Source: Takakia lepidozioides
Taxonomy: Eukaryota > Plantae > Bryophyta
Length of the DNA: 64,000 nt
NCBI GenBank assembly: GCA_030704615.1
Contig: CM060734.1
Coordinates: forward strand, 53,382,001-53,446,000
Direction of reading: 5' to 3'
Position numbers and translations under genes: made by a program. Positions 10,059-23,690 of the stretch are shown piece after piece; the first letter of the stretch is position 1, and every line of letters starts with the position of its first letter. The notes beneath the pieces are model-generated. The model was given only the letters and a program-made list of their open reading frames with translations, did no database searches and had not been told where the DNA came from.

Positions 10059-13000
10059 CTATACAACACAACAGAGAAAGACAGAGGGCCCAACAAAAAG
10101 GGAGAAGTGCAAAGAATGGAGGAAAACAGAAAGTGCGAGAACCGGCGAGAATGAACACTACATAAGAGGACAGACAAAGAAGCGAGATCCAAAACGACAA
10201 GTACACAGTAGAAAACGAGGAACGCAACGGGCTACGGGAGCAACGGTCTTGGCGCCTGTTGGGGTCTAAGATGACTCTCCAAATTTGCGCGCGGAAAGAA
10301 GTTACGCAAGGAAGACATACGTTGATATAAAAGCAGACCACAGCACCGGCGGGAAGACGAAGTTGAAGTTCAAGCTGACCCGGGAGCGGAAATGCAGTAC
10401 ACCCACGGCACGACATGACGTGCCATGATTGATGCCGCCTCCGCCGCCGTTGCATTTACTAGGTCTACCCAGTGCACAACAGACCGAGTGAATAGCAGAC
10501 ACAGTCTAGCAGACTAGAATCAGTAAACCGATTTGAGCAAACCAACACGTAATCCACTAAGCAGGTCCACCCGACTGCAACAGGCTGACGACGAAACAAC
10601 TATACAAAACAGACAAACTAACGGGTCGACAGACTGGCAGGTCAACATGGTCATTGTTCCGTCGCCCTTTATAACAAGCTGCAGATAGACTAGACTGACG
10701 GTGTGACAGAGACAACAGACTAGTTGAAAAGACTGGCTGGACAACAGACTGGCAGACGGAAGGGTGTACAGCCAAATTTTCGACGCGGCACCATGGTTTC
10801 ACAGTTTCTCACAACAGACCAGCGTACACAGACGCCGCAAGGCCATTGTCAGGACAGACTAACATCGCAACAGACTCGCGAACATATTCCAGGCCGATGT
10901 GAGGACACTGCCTCCCGAAGAGGCTCCGATTACCAGACCAACGAAGCAAGACTAACGAAGCAACAGACATATGGGTATCCAGGCCGACAAGTATTGGCTG
11001 TCGAACCCGATTTTTTTACAGGGAGACCCATACTGCAGATGTGAGATAGTTCAGGAGTCTCAAGCTAACACAGCCCAATAGACACAATTGACAGACTGAC
11101 GATAACTCTGCCCAAGACACATATAACAGTTCATGGCTCGATATGGAATCTGCAATGTTTTTACACGCCCTCATGTGCATATGCTTCGGCGATTTTCGCT
11201 ATCATCTTGCCTATGGTTACCGTTCCAGACTGAGGAGGTGATCTGACGGACGAATGCGGCTACCTCAACATGAATAATTATAAAATTGAACGACACCATA
11301 TCCCAAATGTAAACTAAGGTCGTCTTTAGGCAGGCTTGTAATCGGTCCACCCATTGGAATAAACCCTAACAACACATTGGCCATTTTGCGATGACCGGAC
11401 AGAGGCCAAACCAAGTGGGCAAAACGCATTACATGTACAATGAAATCGCAAAAACGGCCCCGCTAGCAACAAAAAAATGACGAAAATAGTGGAAGCATAT
11501 GCACGATGGTGGCTGTAGGGCCCCGACTCCTCTCCCGCCCTTCCACATCATGACAAAATGTCACGAAAACACAAAGACACGAACACTATGCCAGGCAATG
11601 ACTACCGCCCGCACGCACCGCAGTTTCGTACAACAAAGACCGACATCCTGATGGCAATGGCGAGATAAGGCCCTAAATTGGAGGGCTGCGATGGGATTCG
11701 TCCTGGACGGCCCAGATCTTGCGGGCGGGCGGACTAGCGGACAGGCGGACTAGCGAGAGCGGACTAGCCCCAGCGGAGCGGCTGGCGGACGGACCCCGGG
11801 ATGGGCAGCTGCGGGCGGGCGCCCCTCGTCCAGACCACAGGCCCACCGTCCTTCTCGCACGCTTGCATTCATGACCCTATTATTGTAAAATGAGAGGCGC
11901 CCAAAAGCACCAAAATAGTGGGTTGTGACACCCCTTTCCAGAAAAGAGGGACTTTAAGAAGAGAGAGAGGACTCCGGGCAAAGCCGGCTTAACTTCCGGC
12001 TACAGCCCCTTTCGGGACTTTAAGAAAAAAATAGCCAGAAGGTGGCTGTTCCTTGGCGGGTGTCATGCCAAAAAGCATCATGGGAACGCTCCCTTTTCGA
12101 GTGGGAAGTGAGTTCCTTTGCACCCCAAATCCAAATCCAACGGCCGACGCCCCATCGCACCAGGGAGCTCCACAATCTCGCCAATTGCACTTGTCAAAGG
12201 CCGTCCGATTGCCAGGGCTTGGCGAGTTGGAGGTAATCCAGTGAGCTATAGTGCCTACAACTCTATGTTTTCACTTGTGTTTAGTAGGTAGTGGCAGATT
12301 GCTCATTGAAGGGGATAAAATATAGGAGCCACTCTATCATGGATACCGACCACTAAAACATTGATATTAATGTGGTTATTTTGGTGCTTTTAGCGCCTAA
12401 AATGGTAGGGCAGGCTATCAGCCGCTAGCATCATGCCTTCCAGCGTTGTTTCATTTTATTAAGTAGCGCTAGATTGCTCTTTGAAATTGATGGTGCCTGA
12501 AATGCTACCTTGGCGTTTTAATAATAGCCAGTTTTCAACATGGGCTCGCCACCTATTTTCGCCCCCATTTCCAGATCTGTCGGCCATGCACATAGAGAGA
12601 AGACTCCGGCCGAAACCGAAACCGGCGTAACTAAGAGCCATTTCGCCTTATGGCTACTACTGCCCCTTTTTGGGGGTGGGCCCTATATCGGCCTTGCAAT
12701 ATATACATGAGGTAAGAAAATCGCCTAATCGTATAGTAAATCAGGATACCCATAGCCAGGTAGGATCCATGTGGACATTCATCCTCTGCACTTAGCCTAG
12801 TGACGTAATAGGAGCCCAAAACAGAAGGGGCTTTGGCGAAGGAAAGTGGTGGGGTAGGTGCATCATCTCCTCGGGACATGCAGGCAACAAAACGACAAAG
12901 CACAACATGTGTTCAAGAAGAGTCTTAAAAAACTGTCAAGCAAAGTCCTAAGGAGCTGGCTGCTGTCACCGTCAGTTACACGGTTAATTACAAAGGCTGC

Positions 13001-13409
13001 CATGCCGGCAGCTCCCCCGTGTGTGCACACCTACGAGTACCTTCCATATAAGTGCTTGCAGTCAGGCGGTCAAAAACCTGTGCACTCTTCAGATCTTTCC
13101 GCTCGATTTCAGAAGCCCACCGAGCTGCTTCTGAGTAGGGTTATAGTTCAACATTCGCATTGCTGGAAAGCTGCACATTCTGCTTCTATGCATTGCAATG
13201 CTCATCTTTACTCCTGTCTGGAGCTGTGCTCCCTTTTGAGATTGCACACAACTGCTGGATTTCCGTATGATTTATGATATGATTGTACATAAACTTCAGA
13301 GAAATCGCTTGATGAGGGCAGGTTGTACTTAGTAGTGTGAGGAGAAGCGGGCATGGTGTACGAGTTGCGGTTTGTACTACTGAGCTGAATAGTGGATAAA
13401 GATTTGGAG

Positions 13410-16400
13410 ATGATGGGGAACAAGCCAGAGTTCCAGGCTTTACGCGTGCTGCTGGTGTTGCTCAGCTGCTGTAGTTTCGGTCGCTCCTTCGTTCGTGGTG
13501 TGAAGTCCGACGTTGTTTCGAGTTCTTGGATGAACAGCTTTGACGATATGAGAGTGAGGCTCTGAAGCCCGACAATTTTAAAATTGAGGCTCACATAGAT
13601 CCTATCTGGGCTGATGATTTTTGTGAAGTATTAAGCACTCTTGAGTGTGATGCAAATCGTAGTTTGTGCAATCGAGACATAGAACACGCATGCATAGGAC
13701 ATCTTGGTCTAACGATGACGCTGGAAACCAAGAAGGTCCTGAAGGGTTTTTTTTGGGGAGTCTAACATGTAATATGCTCTCGGGAAATCCTGGGATTTGT
13801 GCACGCAAACTTGTGAAAGGCCAGATTCACGTCTTTCACAGCAATCCACACCAGGCAAAATCTACGTTTCCCCCATAGGCAGCTGACATTTAAAGAAAGT
13901 AGTTTCTCAAACTGTTAAACCACCGTCTGGCAGGTAAAGGCAAGCTGTAAGTGCTGTGTCCATGACCGGGCGCATATGGCGTCAATTACAGACTTTGGTG
14001 CCGTTGGCGATGGCAAAGTCCTGAACACTGAGGCCTTTCAGAATGCAATCACCCATCTGGGCCAATATGCTGACAAAGGAGGCGCACATCTGCACATCCC
14101 CCCAGGACGATGGCTCACTGGGCCCATCACTCTCATAAGCAACTTCACTTTGTTTGTATCTCAAGGGGCCACAATTCTTGGATCCCAGGTATGATGGCCT
14201 CCTAATAGATGACCTGTTTCGGCTGTCCAGAAGATTGTATTGAGAATTTCCAGCGACAACCCCATTAGTTGAGATGGTTTAGGCACTGAAGTTCCATGGT
14301 TGATGCTTGGTCTAGGTTGACCTGAGAGCACCACTTGGCAAGTCCAACCTGGAACCGTTGGGTCAGCTTTACTATATGCATTCAATAGAAACGAAGATCT
14401 GAAGAACCAAAAGGGCTAGGGCGTACTAGGTGAGCGCCTGACATTATCGGGATGTAATTGCACCTCTAGAAGGTCCAATTTTTGAGATCAGTGTATCTTT
14501 AAGGGGCTCCAGGGCCTCGGCATCATGGACGGGGACTAATGCTCACGATAGAGCTCTGGATATGCTGATATGCAGGACCCCAAGTTGTACCCTTTACTCC
14601 CTTGTCTGCCATCGTATGGGCGAGGCCGTGAGCTTCCTGGTCCAAGACACAGCAGCCTCATCAGTGGAGTCGATCTTACAGACGTCGTTATTACAGGTCT
14701 ATGAAGTTAGTGTATCTGAGGTGATCCTTTACTGCAAAGTGGGTTCTTTCAGGGAGGGTTAAACTTGCTTGAACGTACTGTTGCTGGGCTGGCTTCCACA
14801 CTTGGGCAGCTGATCAAAACCACGTTACAAATCCAACTTCTAGCCTCTCCTCCATTAAAGCTACTGCACATTGTTTATTGTATACATACATGCAAGAGTG
14901 TGTCCACTGCTTATATATAGGATGCGAGGAGTCTTGGAGAAGCGAGGGAGAAGTTCCAGGTATATGATATGATGCATAGATGACGGCATCTAATTCTCAT
15001 TGATCGATACACTGGGTTGAGGCATCGCGGTCCGTGACATGCCTTCCGTTGGCCTACATAATTTGCAGGTGAGAATGGGACAATCGATGGGCAGGGATCG
15101 GTTTGGTGGCAGCTGTTCCGAAATCGTACTTTGGGCCACACCCGACCCCACTTGGTGGAGCTCGTGCATTCCAAAAACATTCTGATCTCTAACCTCACTT
15201 TTGTGAACTCCCCTTTTTGGACCATACATCCGGTTTACTGCAGGTAAGATTTTCTGGAGCCCTATCTCCCCTGGTCAAACTGCCTCTCTTCATCCCCTTC
15301 CCCCCTCGCTCCCCCCCCACGAGTGAGCAGATTGAATTTTTAATTTGTTCGTCAATGGATTCGGTCCACCTTAGACCCCATGGGCACAAGTCCCTCCATG
15401 CACTGCATGGTTGTTGTACTCTAGTGAAGCTCTTGAGCGCACCATTAGGGAATACCAAAAAGGCAATGATTTGCAATGCTTTACTATTCACCATATCTGT
15501 ATATGCGTTTTCGGTGCAAGGAACTTCTGTATGGAGAGGCTGTCTGTGCCAATATGTGGACTTCCGAGTTCCACACCTTATGTACAGGTTCTCGCATATT
15601 AACAGTGGACATGAAGGGAAAAGAGGATGCTTGTAAACTCCTTCTGAAATTGCCTTGAATCATTTGCACTCATATGTGTGGACATGGGTGGGTATGGTGC
15701 CAGCCATGTGGTGATCAATCATATGACTATATTAGCCCCGCCCAAATCGCCTAACACTGATGGAATCGATCCAGGTAGAAGTTCATTCCAAAATGTATGT
15801 TGAGGGAGAGGACAGAGAGCGAGATAGAGATTTGACCTAGTTTTGATTGTTTCTTGAGTAGGTGCTAAGAAACTAGTGAACAGTCTCCTTAAGTAGGTAT
15901 CGATTTTCTTGGTGGGTGCAGACTCATCATCGCATGTGTGTATCGAAGACAGTTACATCAGCACAGGTGATGATGGTATCTCGATCAAAAGTGGGTGGGA
16001 TGAATATGGAATTGCATGGGGGATGCCTAGCTCTCACATTCTGATTCGACGAGTAGTAGCAGTGGCGCCAACTAGTGCCGGGTTTGCCATCGGAAGTGAG
16101 ATGTCTGGTGGCGTCTCAAACATCAAGGTCAGCACTTATCCCCTTCCTTTTGTACATGATCACTTAGCGTTTATCCGATAAACGAAAACCCACCTGCAGT
16201 CATGGTGGGTTATAGATCAGCACTTGGAACCTTCTGAAAAGCGTGAACCACCAAGCATTCGCTTGGTTCTTAAGTATGACTAATAAGTCTGCTGAGACTG
16301 TCAGATTTAACACCGCACCAGTAGTGCCAGGCGACCCCTTTAATTTATAGCTAGGAGAATTCGAGCTCCCGCAATTTTTACGTAATCTACTTCCTGTCAG

Positions 16401-16969
16401 AAGGTTCTCAGAACATTGCAGCGATTCCTGAAAGATGGATCTCCTGAAATTTGAGGAGGATCACAAATCTTTCTAAAAGAGCTTCAGGAACAGATGTTTA
16501 CAAGTGCTCCATTCTTCAAGATTACTGATAAACTTCACATATTCTGTAATCTATGGTGCAGGTAGAGGACATGGTCATCATCAACTCAATGAGAGGCATA
16601 CGTATCAAAACGGCACCGGGACGGGGAGGCTACATAAAAAATGTGTCTATATCAAACATAGTGATGCAAAACGTGCATAAGGGGATTGTTTTCACGGGGG
16701 CCTATGGTGACCACCCCGATGACAAGTTCAACCCAACAGCATTCCCTGCAGTAAATAGGATATCGATCTGCAATGTTGTGGGTCAAAATATTACTCAGGC
16801 TGGTGAGCTCCTTGGGATTCCAGGCAGCTCCTTTGAGGACATCTTCCTCTCGAATATTCTGCTGGATGTCACACCGGGATCTCTTGCTTGGAACTGCTCC
16901 GAAGTAGCAGGATCATACAGTTTTGTGAACCCCGTGCCATGCCCTCAGTTTCAAGAAGTGCCCTCCTGA
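13410..16969 (+). CDS. Polygalacturonase (glycoside hydrolase family 28, clade E-like), 7 exons
   Basis: Exons 13410-13553, 13934-14188, 14576-14696, 15069-15243, 15704-15774, 15922-16127 and 16562-16969 join in frame with GT-AG introns. There is a hydrophobic N-terminal segment and the motifs SPNTDG, GDD, AIGSE, RIKT and LPSYGRGRE. Confidence 0.93.
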
Positions 16970-18169
16970 TCTCGGAAGGCACAGCTGGGTGTTGCCACCC
17001 TTGTAAATGTAGAAAATCAAGCTCCATATACACAAACAACAGGTAGCATTCCTTAATCTACTACTAAGACTCTTTATTTAGCATAACCTCCCAACCAAGA
17101 AACACAACAACAACTGTAGTGATTCACCCACCGTGCTCATTTACAACAGCTCAAGAGGCATCTCTCTAGAGAAAGGGTGTAACCCCTCTAGATAGTTATC
17201 ACTGTTCAAGTCAAAACATTAGGTGGTATTGGTAATGAACTCATATCCCTATGATTGGTTGTAGATTCTAAATCATTGCTTTCCTGTTGCCATCATTGTC
17301 TGTGTCACAACTTGAAGCTTGAAGCATTTCCATCATCAAGGAATGAGATATGTACTGTAGAATCTTGTTGTCAATTGAGAGAGCTCAGCCTAATATTTCC
17401 AGGTGAGGTACGACACATAGTTGTGGTGAATTCCAGTGTGATGTTGAGTATGTACAAGTAACAATGATCTTTTGCTAGCCTGATTGGCATTGTATACATG
17501 ATACTAGTCAAGTGTCCAGATGTGGCTAGGAACTCACCCTCCCGGAAGAGGCAAGGGCATTCCAGATGATGGGCATTCCAGATGATTACAAGTGACGGCA
17601 AGATCTGTGATCACATGTATGCTTACCAAGTCATCCAAGTCAGTGAAACCAGTGCTAACATTTGTATCAAACACAGTAGCTTGATCAACTCATTACCTGA
17701 CACTCCTACAAAGAGCTATGATTTCTGGTTCTCCGCTGCATTTTCAGTGTACAATGGAGAGATCCACACATCTGCCACATCACTATCTCCTTGGACTTCT
17801 CAATTGTCACCTGGACCTGTAAGACAACCATAAAGACACCATAGCAGGTTTGCAGGTTTCAATTCTGGAGCTGCACAGGGTGAGCTGCCCGAGTGGGAGA
17901 AAGACCTAGGAACCATCAGATCCCTATCGGCTGGTCAAATGACTGGGCAGCCTGCTGGGATTGGGCCCTGCTTGGATTGAAGAACTGTTCGGGTCTAACA
18001 TAATTCATCACCACTATAACATAAAAGAATCGTTTATGTGCTCATAAACAAGTTGAATGGTGTTGAAATTCCATAATAAAATGCACATGAAATATAGGTG
18101 AAACACTTTATTTCTATAGAAACCCTTAATGCAGTAGCCAGCCCTCGCCAGTATGCAGGCAGGAAAGTC

Positions 18170-21100
18170 CTACAGAAAATAGGGAACCCCTGCTCGTGGC
18201 GCCAACATTGCATTATTTTCCTCTGTTTCTGTAAAAAATTTCACGTCCCTCTCCTGCACTCCAAGCCAACCATAGTTGAGAAGCTTATCTTAGTTTTCCT
18301 TCAGTTGCAACTTCGAGAGAAAATATCTAGAAGGGAGATGAAACACACCCTAGAAGACAACTACCCCATAAATCTGACCCTGTCATGTCCCAGCACCTCG
18401 TACCAGCAATTTGTTGATCTAAGATCCCCATATGGTGGGTAACTCCAATTTCTTGAAGAGATTTAGGTTTAAGCTACTATAACTTAGTGAGAGAAAACAA
18501 GAGCCAAATTCGCATTCTTAAACTGCAATGAAGACACCAACTTCCTGATCCGAAATCAGACATCAGAACCATGCACCCCTATTTTCAACATAATCTCATC
18601 AGGGTCCCCAAAGCAAGACATTCAAATAGTAAACTCCGCATGCTTACCATGTGCTCATTGAAACCTAGAATTGAGGCAACATTCCCACATCTGTAGCAAT
18701 AATTGGGCGCTGACCATACCTGCAAACAGGCACAATACACAAATCTTCTCAAACTGTCTCCTCTTCTTTTGACTCTTCAGTTGAAGCTGGCTAAACCATA
18801 ACTTCCCAATAAGTTACTAGTTGGTGTGTCCTTAAGCAACAAGTGAAACAGATGGAACTCAAAGATTTCATATACAGATACTTAAAAAAAACCCTAAAAT
18901 GACAATGTACGGGCACCACAATGATTTCAAATACAGCAATGACTGTTGAGCAGACAATGCACACAAGCTGGAATGCCACCGTATAATGGACCCGGGACCG
19001 ATACCTCTTGCAAGACTGTTGCATCAAGGAGTCATGGAACATTCTCAAAAAGAAAAGGTTGAAACCTCTGAGCCTAAATTATGGTGTCTCTTCACCCCAA
19101 ATGACTACTGCCTTCCGTTGGGAAGGTGGACACCTAACGGCTCTAACTGGGCAGCAAGGTTGCAAAACCCCCCCCCCCCAAGGATTTGAAAGTCCCAAGG
19201 CACCACCCACCCACACGTCAAGTAGCTGGGTTGGCTATAATGGGAGACATCCAACATACACCTATGTGGCTTTCAACCTACGACCACTTGTAAGGTGGTA
19301 TTGTGCCCTAACCACTCAGTCATCTACTGCTTGCTCAACATTCCTCATTCAATACCAAATCAATGTGAGAATATAGTTTTCGTACCGTAACAAGGCCTTT
19401 GTCAGGGAACATATATTTCAACCCCTCTTGAACAAGTTGATGAGCACGGCATACAAGCTCCAAGCCATTTATTTGATTGAACTGCAATGCATCCACAACC
19501 CCAGTTCGCTATGTTTCAATGACAAGTTTCACCCATTCACAGGACCGAAGTGACTGTGCATGGAGGGCCTTCACATTTCACTTAGGCTCCACTAAAATAA
19601 TTGAAATCCCGGTGATTCTCAACAGACATGCCTGAATATCACCCACACTGCCACACCTTTTTGCATTCTTTAAGGTCAGAGAGTAAAGTGCCTTCACATT
19701 ATATCTACGAATGTGCTCAGAGAATGTGAAAGTATGCCAACTGCACATCCAGAAAACCAAAAAACTGACAACAGGCAATCAATATAGGCATCATTCTCTT
19801 TGGTCGGTACCCCAGCTGTGGGGCACTGTGTGCTCTGCAGCAGAATATGCACGACTAAAGCTTGATTGATTAACATAATGTTCAACAACATTCAAGTGGA
19901 AAAGGGGCTTGCCTCAGAGGTCACTCGTGCACCAAAGAGCCATCCCGCACCTCGGGGACTGACTGCCCATGTCTCAATGTCCTCAGGATCACTCCACATC
20001 AAATCACAGAAAGGCCCTTCATGAGGTATTTCACATCGCCTCTCTATCACTCTCATCTGCACCAATCATTTCCCCCAGTTCCAATCCAAGGGCTCATGCA
20101 ATCAGACTCATAGACTACATTTGAAAACACAAGTCTTCAAGCTGGTAACGGACACAAACACAGCCTGTGTCCACTGGTCAAAGCTGCCAAACCCCCAATA
20201 CAACAGGTAACTGAAACAAACATCTGTGAGCTCTGCAAAGCTGCAGAGACGCCGCATCTGGGATAACTCTGTCAGTCCAAGTCATGCAACCACTGAGTAG
20301 CACAAGCAGCTTGCATGTTTCACCTCTTCAAACTAGAAAAGCTGGAGAACTCCAAGCTAACAACAGCAACACCCACAAGAAGTTGAAGTGCAGGCAAGTA
20401 CTTGCCTGGTCTACTGTACGTATGTCTGGTGATAGCCCTCCATGCACACACAATACCTGCACCACTTGCGATGTAAATACTCAGTTCTTCATATCCACTT
20501 CCTGACATCCAAGGAAGGCAGGAAACAGTCAAAATTAATATCACCAGGGCTCCCCATACTTGGCCACTTATGCTCCCATTGAATGGTGAAGTGCACTTCT
20601 CGGGCTGTTAAATATTGTCTCAACCTACTGGATTGACTGAAGAAGGGATGTTGCAGAGGAAAATTGCACCATATAGCAATGGTAGATTTGAAGGAGTGGA
20701 CTTACATGGCTAATTGACCCACCCCTGCAGTAAAGGAACAGAAAAGTGCACTCTCCTGAACAAGGTGAGCAGTCTTCGTCACAACACCATCACGGCCTCC
20801 TACACTACATGTTAAGGAAGTAGGAAAACAACCAACCGCAAAAACAGCTCACCCTTCCATCTATGATAGCTGACAGGGTCAGGTAGTCAAACACATCAGT
20901 ACAGTAGCGCCAAGCATTTGGATTGCCATACTTCCGTTGGCATTCATCGTAAAAACCATAGACCTGCCCATCAAACACCGCATTCATGTAGAATCAGTTC
21001 ATATGAGAATTTCTTAAGCAAACAGGCTAATCCCTTCAGACAGACAGTACACACACAACACACAAGTGATAGGTAGTGACCTACAATGATGTCATACCTG

Positions 21101-23499
21101 AGTGATCTGTCTGCTTTCATGGTTGCCCCTCAGCAGAGTCATATGAGCAGGATACCTGGAGTCAGCCCACTCAACCTGAGGAGCTTTCTCTCGAGCAGAA
21201 CGTGCATCACAGGTAACAAAAACAAACCAGAACTCCACTACCACTCTGACCAAAACTAGGAGAATAAGCATACACAACAAAAGACTTTGCGCAACTACAA
21301 CACCTTTCGAAGAGACCATGCATTGAGAGGGGTCACCTTGCTTTCAGTAGCAATAAAATAGTGAATACTTCCAGGCTATTGTATCCTCGATCGACAAAAT
21401 CTCCCTGCTCACCTCACACGCGCCAAAGCCTCGTCAGTCTCTGGGTTGGTAAATATACAACCATTCCTGGGGTCTCCCAGGCAACTTCTGTGCGCTGCAC
21501 AGCCATGCTAGGTGAAAGATTAAGCCAATAGTTGCATACTGCATGGAAGCCTTAAGAAGCAGGTAAACCAAAATCTACCCTCTACTGCTATATCCACCAT
21601 TGCCAGTGAAACTGACTTCATGCCCTAAGACAAGTGGGCATCTAGAAGAAGTCGAAGGCACTGAAACCTCACTCCTACAAGCTCAGTCTAACAGTTCAGC
21701 GTGCCAGAAGTTGCATTCACAACCTTTCTAAATGTTCTAGAAACCACTAACCATAAAGATGTAGTTGGTATGGGGAACATGACCGCCTGTCTGGAACAGC
21801 TTCATCAAGTCGTGGAACTGGCCATGAATATCGCCGCAGACGGTGACTGGACTATTCACAGGCTGTACGTTTGACTCTTCCACCAGTATTTCCTTTACCT
21901 GTAAAATGATACAACTTCACATTACAACTTGACAAGATAGTCCAGCAATTAATCATACCACTTAACACAATAACCCCGACAAACCTGGATTAAAGCTCGC
22001 CCTACAGCTAACCCTAATAATTTGTACACTAGATTGTTGTGGTGAGGTCAGTATGTTCGAAGAACATATATGAAAACCTTAAAGATGACATAGTTAGAAC
22101 AACTTGCATTTGACACAGAGCATTGATAGCTGTGTCACTCCTCTCAACTCCCTAAGACAACCATCATATGTGCTGCATATACGGTGGTCTGTGTACTACA
22201 TAAAACGCAATCACAGGTGTATATTATCTACAGAGGGTATGAGCCGCCAAAATATAGATATATTAGAGAGGTGGTGTGTTGCGAAATCAAACTGTAGCCC
22301 CACTGCGCAAGAGCACCGAGCAGTTATCTCACAGCAATATGTAGTATGCTCCACAATTCTTGTTGTGCAGACGACATTAACAACCCACACTGTACAAAAC
22401 TGAAACATACTTCTGAGCATGTTTCAGTTACCCTGTTCCTCCACTTCTCCTTACTTCATAGAAGGCTTATAATCTCTCCCATGCATACTGAAAATACAGC
22501 TAGTTGGTAAGATTGTACTCATAAGACGTTGTGTGCCGTAGCCTTGTGGCCATTGACCCCGCGCCCAGTTTGAGCGGGAACAAAAGGTAAGAAAGATAGT
22601 ACCAGGGAGGATGGCCACACCTGTCAATCTAAAGTGGAAATTCTAAGCAAAGCATATAACTCTCAATGCTATGCCTTCCTTAAGCTACAAACCCTGACTT
22701 CAACTCTGCCCTGCTCACACACCTGCCCGACACTGAGATTGCCCCAAAACAGTAATATCTGAAAGTACATCCTGAAAGGTGAGGACTGAAAATAGCTGAG
22801 GCCAGTACTTTCCATGCAGTAGGATTCACCTGTGTCAGGATTTTATCCATAAGAAGAATATCAAGTTTGACCTCTGGGGATCTCTCTCGTTAAAAGAACC
22901 GTGAACCATTGGGTGAAGGGGAAAAAACATACGACTACTCGAAAGAGAAAGGAAGAGGAGAAAGTAAAGGCAATATAGTATGAAGCAGTTCGAAAGATCA
23001 AGATGTACATGACACATTCCGTAGTCCCCTGCGCAATATAAACTGTTACCGGCACACGACCAGATGCTAAGACCGCACTTGAACTACCTCTTCCAGGATA
23101 TTATAACCCAAATTGAGAAAGCACAAGAGATGAGGCCCAAAACAAGATAGACAAAGACTTCGGGTTGAAAAGATAGCAATCAGGTCTTTTCCAAACTCGA
23201 TGGAAGCCCAACAAGGGCATTGACGAGTGTGGAGAGTGGAACAGTGGACCAGTCGCACGCTCACGCGCACTTACAGAACCTATTATTGATAACTACCACA
23301 CATGCAATGACACGGTGAGGAGCAGAAAAGGCCGAGACTTCCGAGCCCCAGAAGCTCATCACAGCAAATGCCTAACGCTGGAAAACACAAAGGTAGGGAG
23401 GGAACAAACAGCACATACATATTCACACAAGACCTTGAGCTCGTCTTCCAGAAGATGGTTTCCGCCCTTCACTTTCTCCAGCCATAGATCCAAGTCCAT
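18170..23499 (-). CDS. FYPP: Serine/threonine protein phosphatase 6 catalytic subunit (FyPP-like), 10 exons
   Basis: Exons 23499-23419, 21898-21752, 21404-21337, 21155-21098, 20963-20853, 20456-20406, 20056-19913, 19481-19386, 18719-18648 and 18253-18170. N-terminus [14 protein letters not shown] motifs GDIHG, GDFVDRG, RGNHE and SAPNY, C-terminal PYFL. Confidence 0.95.
19111..19335 (-). mobile_element. tRNA-derived SINE in a PP6 intron
   Basis: The minus strand has an A-box-like TGACTGAGTGG and a B-box-like GGTTGAAAGCC. The head and the GAAGGTGGACACCT tail core are shared with the copy at 42421-42524. Confidence 0.6.
22513..22585 (-). mobile_element. 73-bp 5'-truncated LINE 3' end in PP6 intron 1
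   Basis: Matches the tail of the 26.0 and 38.1 kb LINEs (gggcgcggggtcaatggccacaaggctacggc..ttatgagtacaa). TSD GGTAAGA at 22506-22512 and 22586-22592. Confidence 0.8.
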
Positions 23500-23572
23500 C
23501 CTCCTTCCAGCGTGCCCGCCTGCTCCCCACACACTCTTTCTGATCACACCAACACTGCGCAATGTAATCAGA

Positions 23573-23578
<6 letters not shown>

Positions 23579-23612
<34 letters not shown>

Positions 23613-23690
23613 GTCTCTCTCGCACTGCACTGTAGGACCCTTTCCTCTTCCTCTGCGTCTTCTTCTTCTTCTTCTTCTTCTTCTTCTTCT
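23579..23690. repeat. (CT)n and (CTT)n microsatellites in the PP6 5' leader/promoter
   Basis: Directly visible. Confidence 0.9.
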
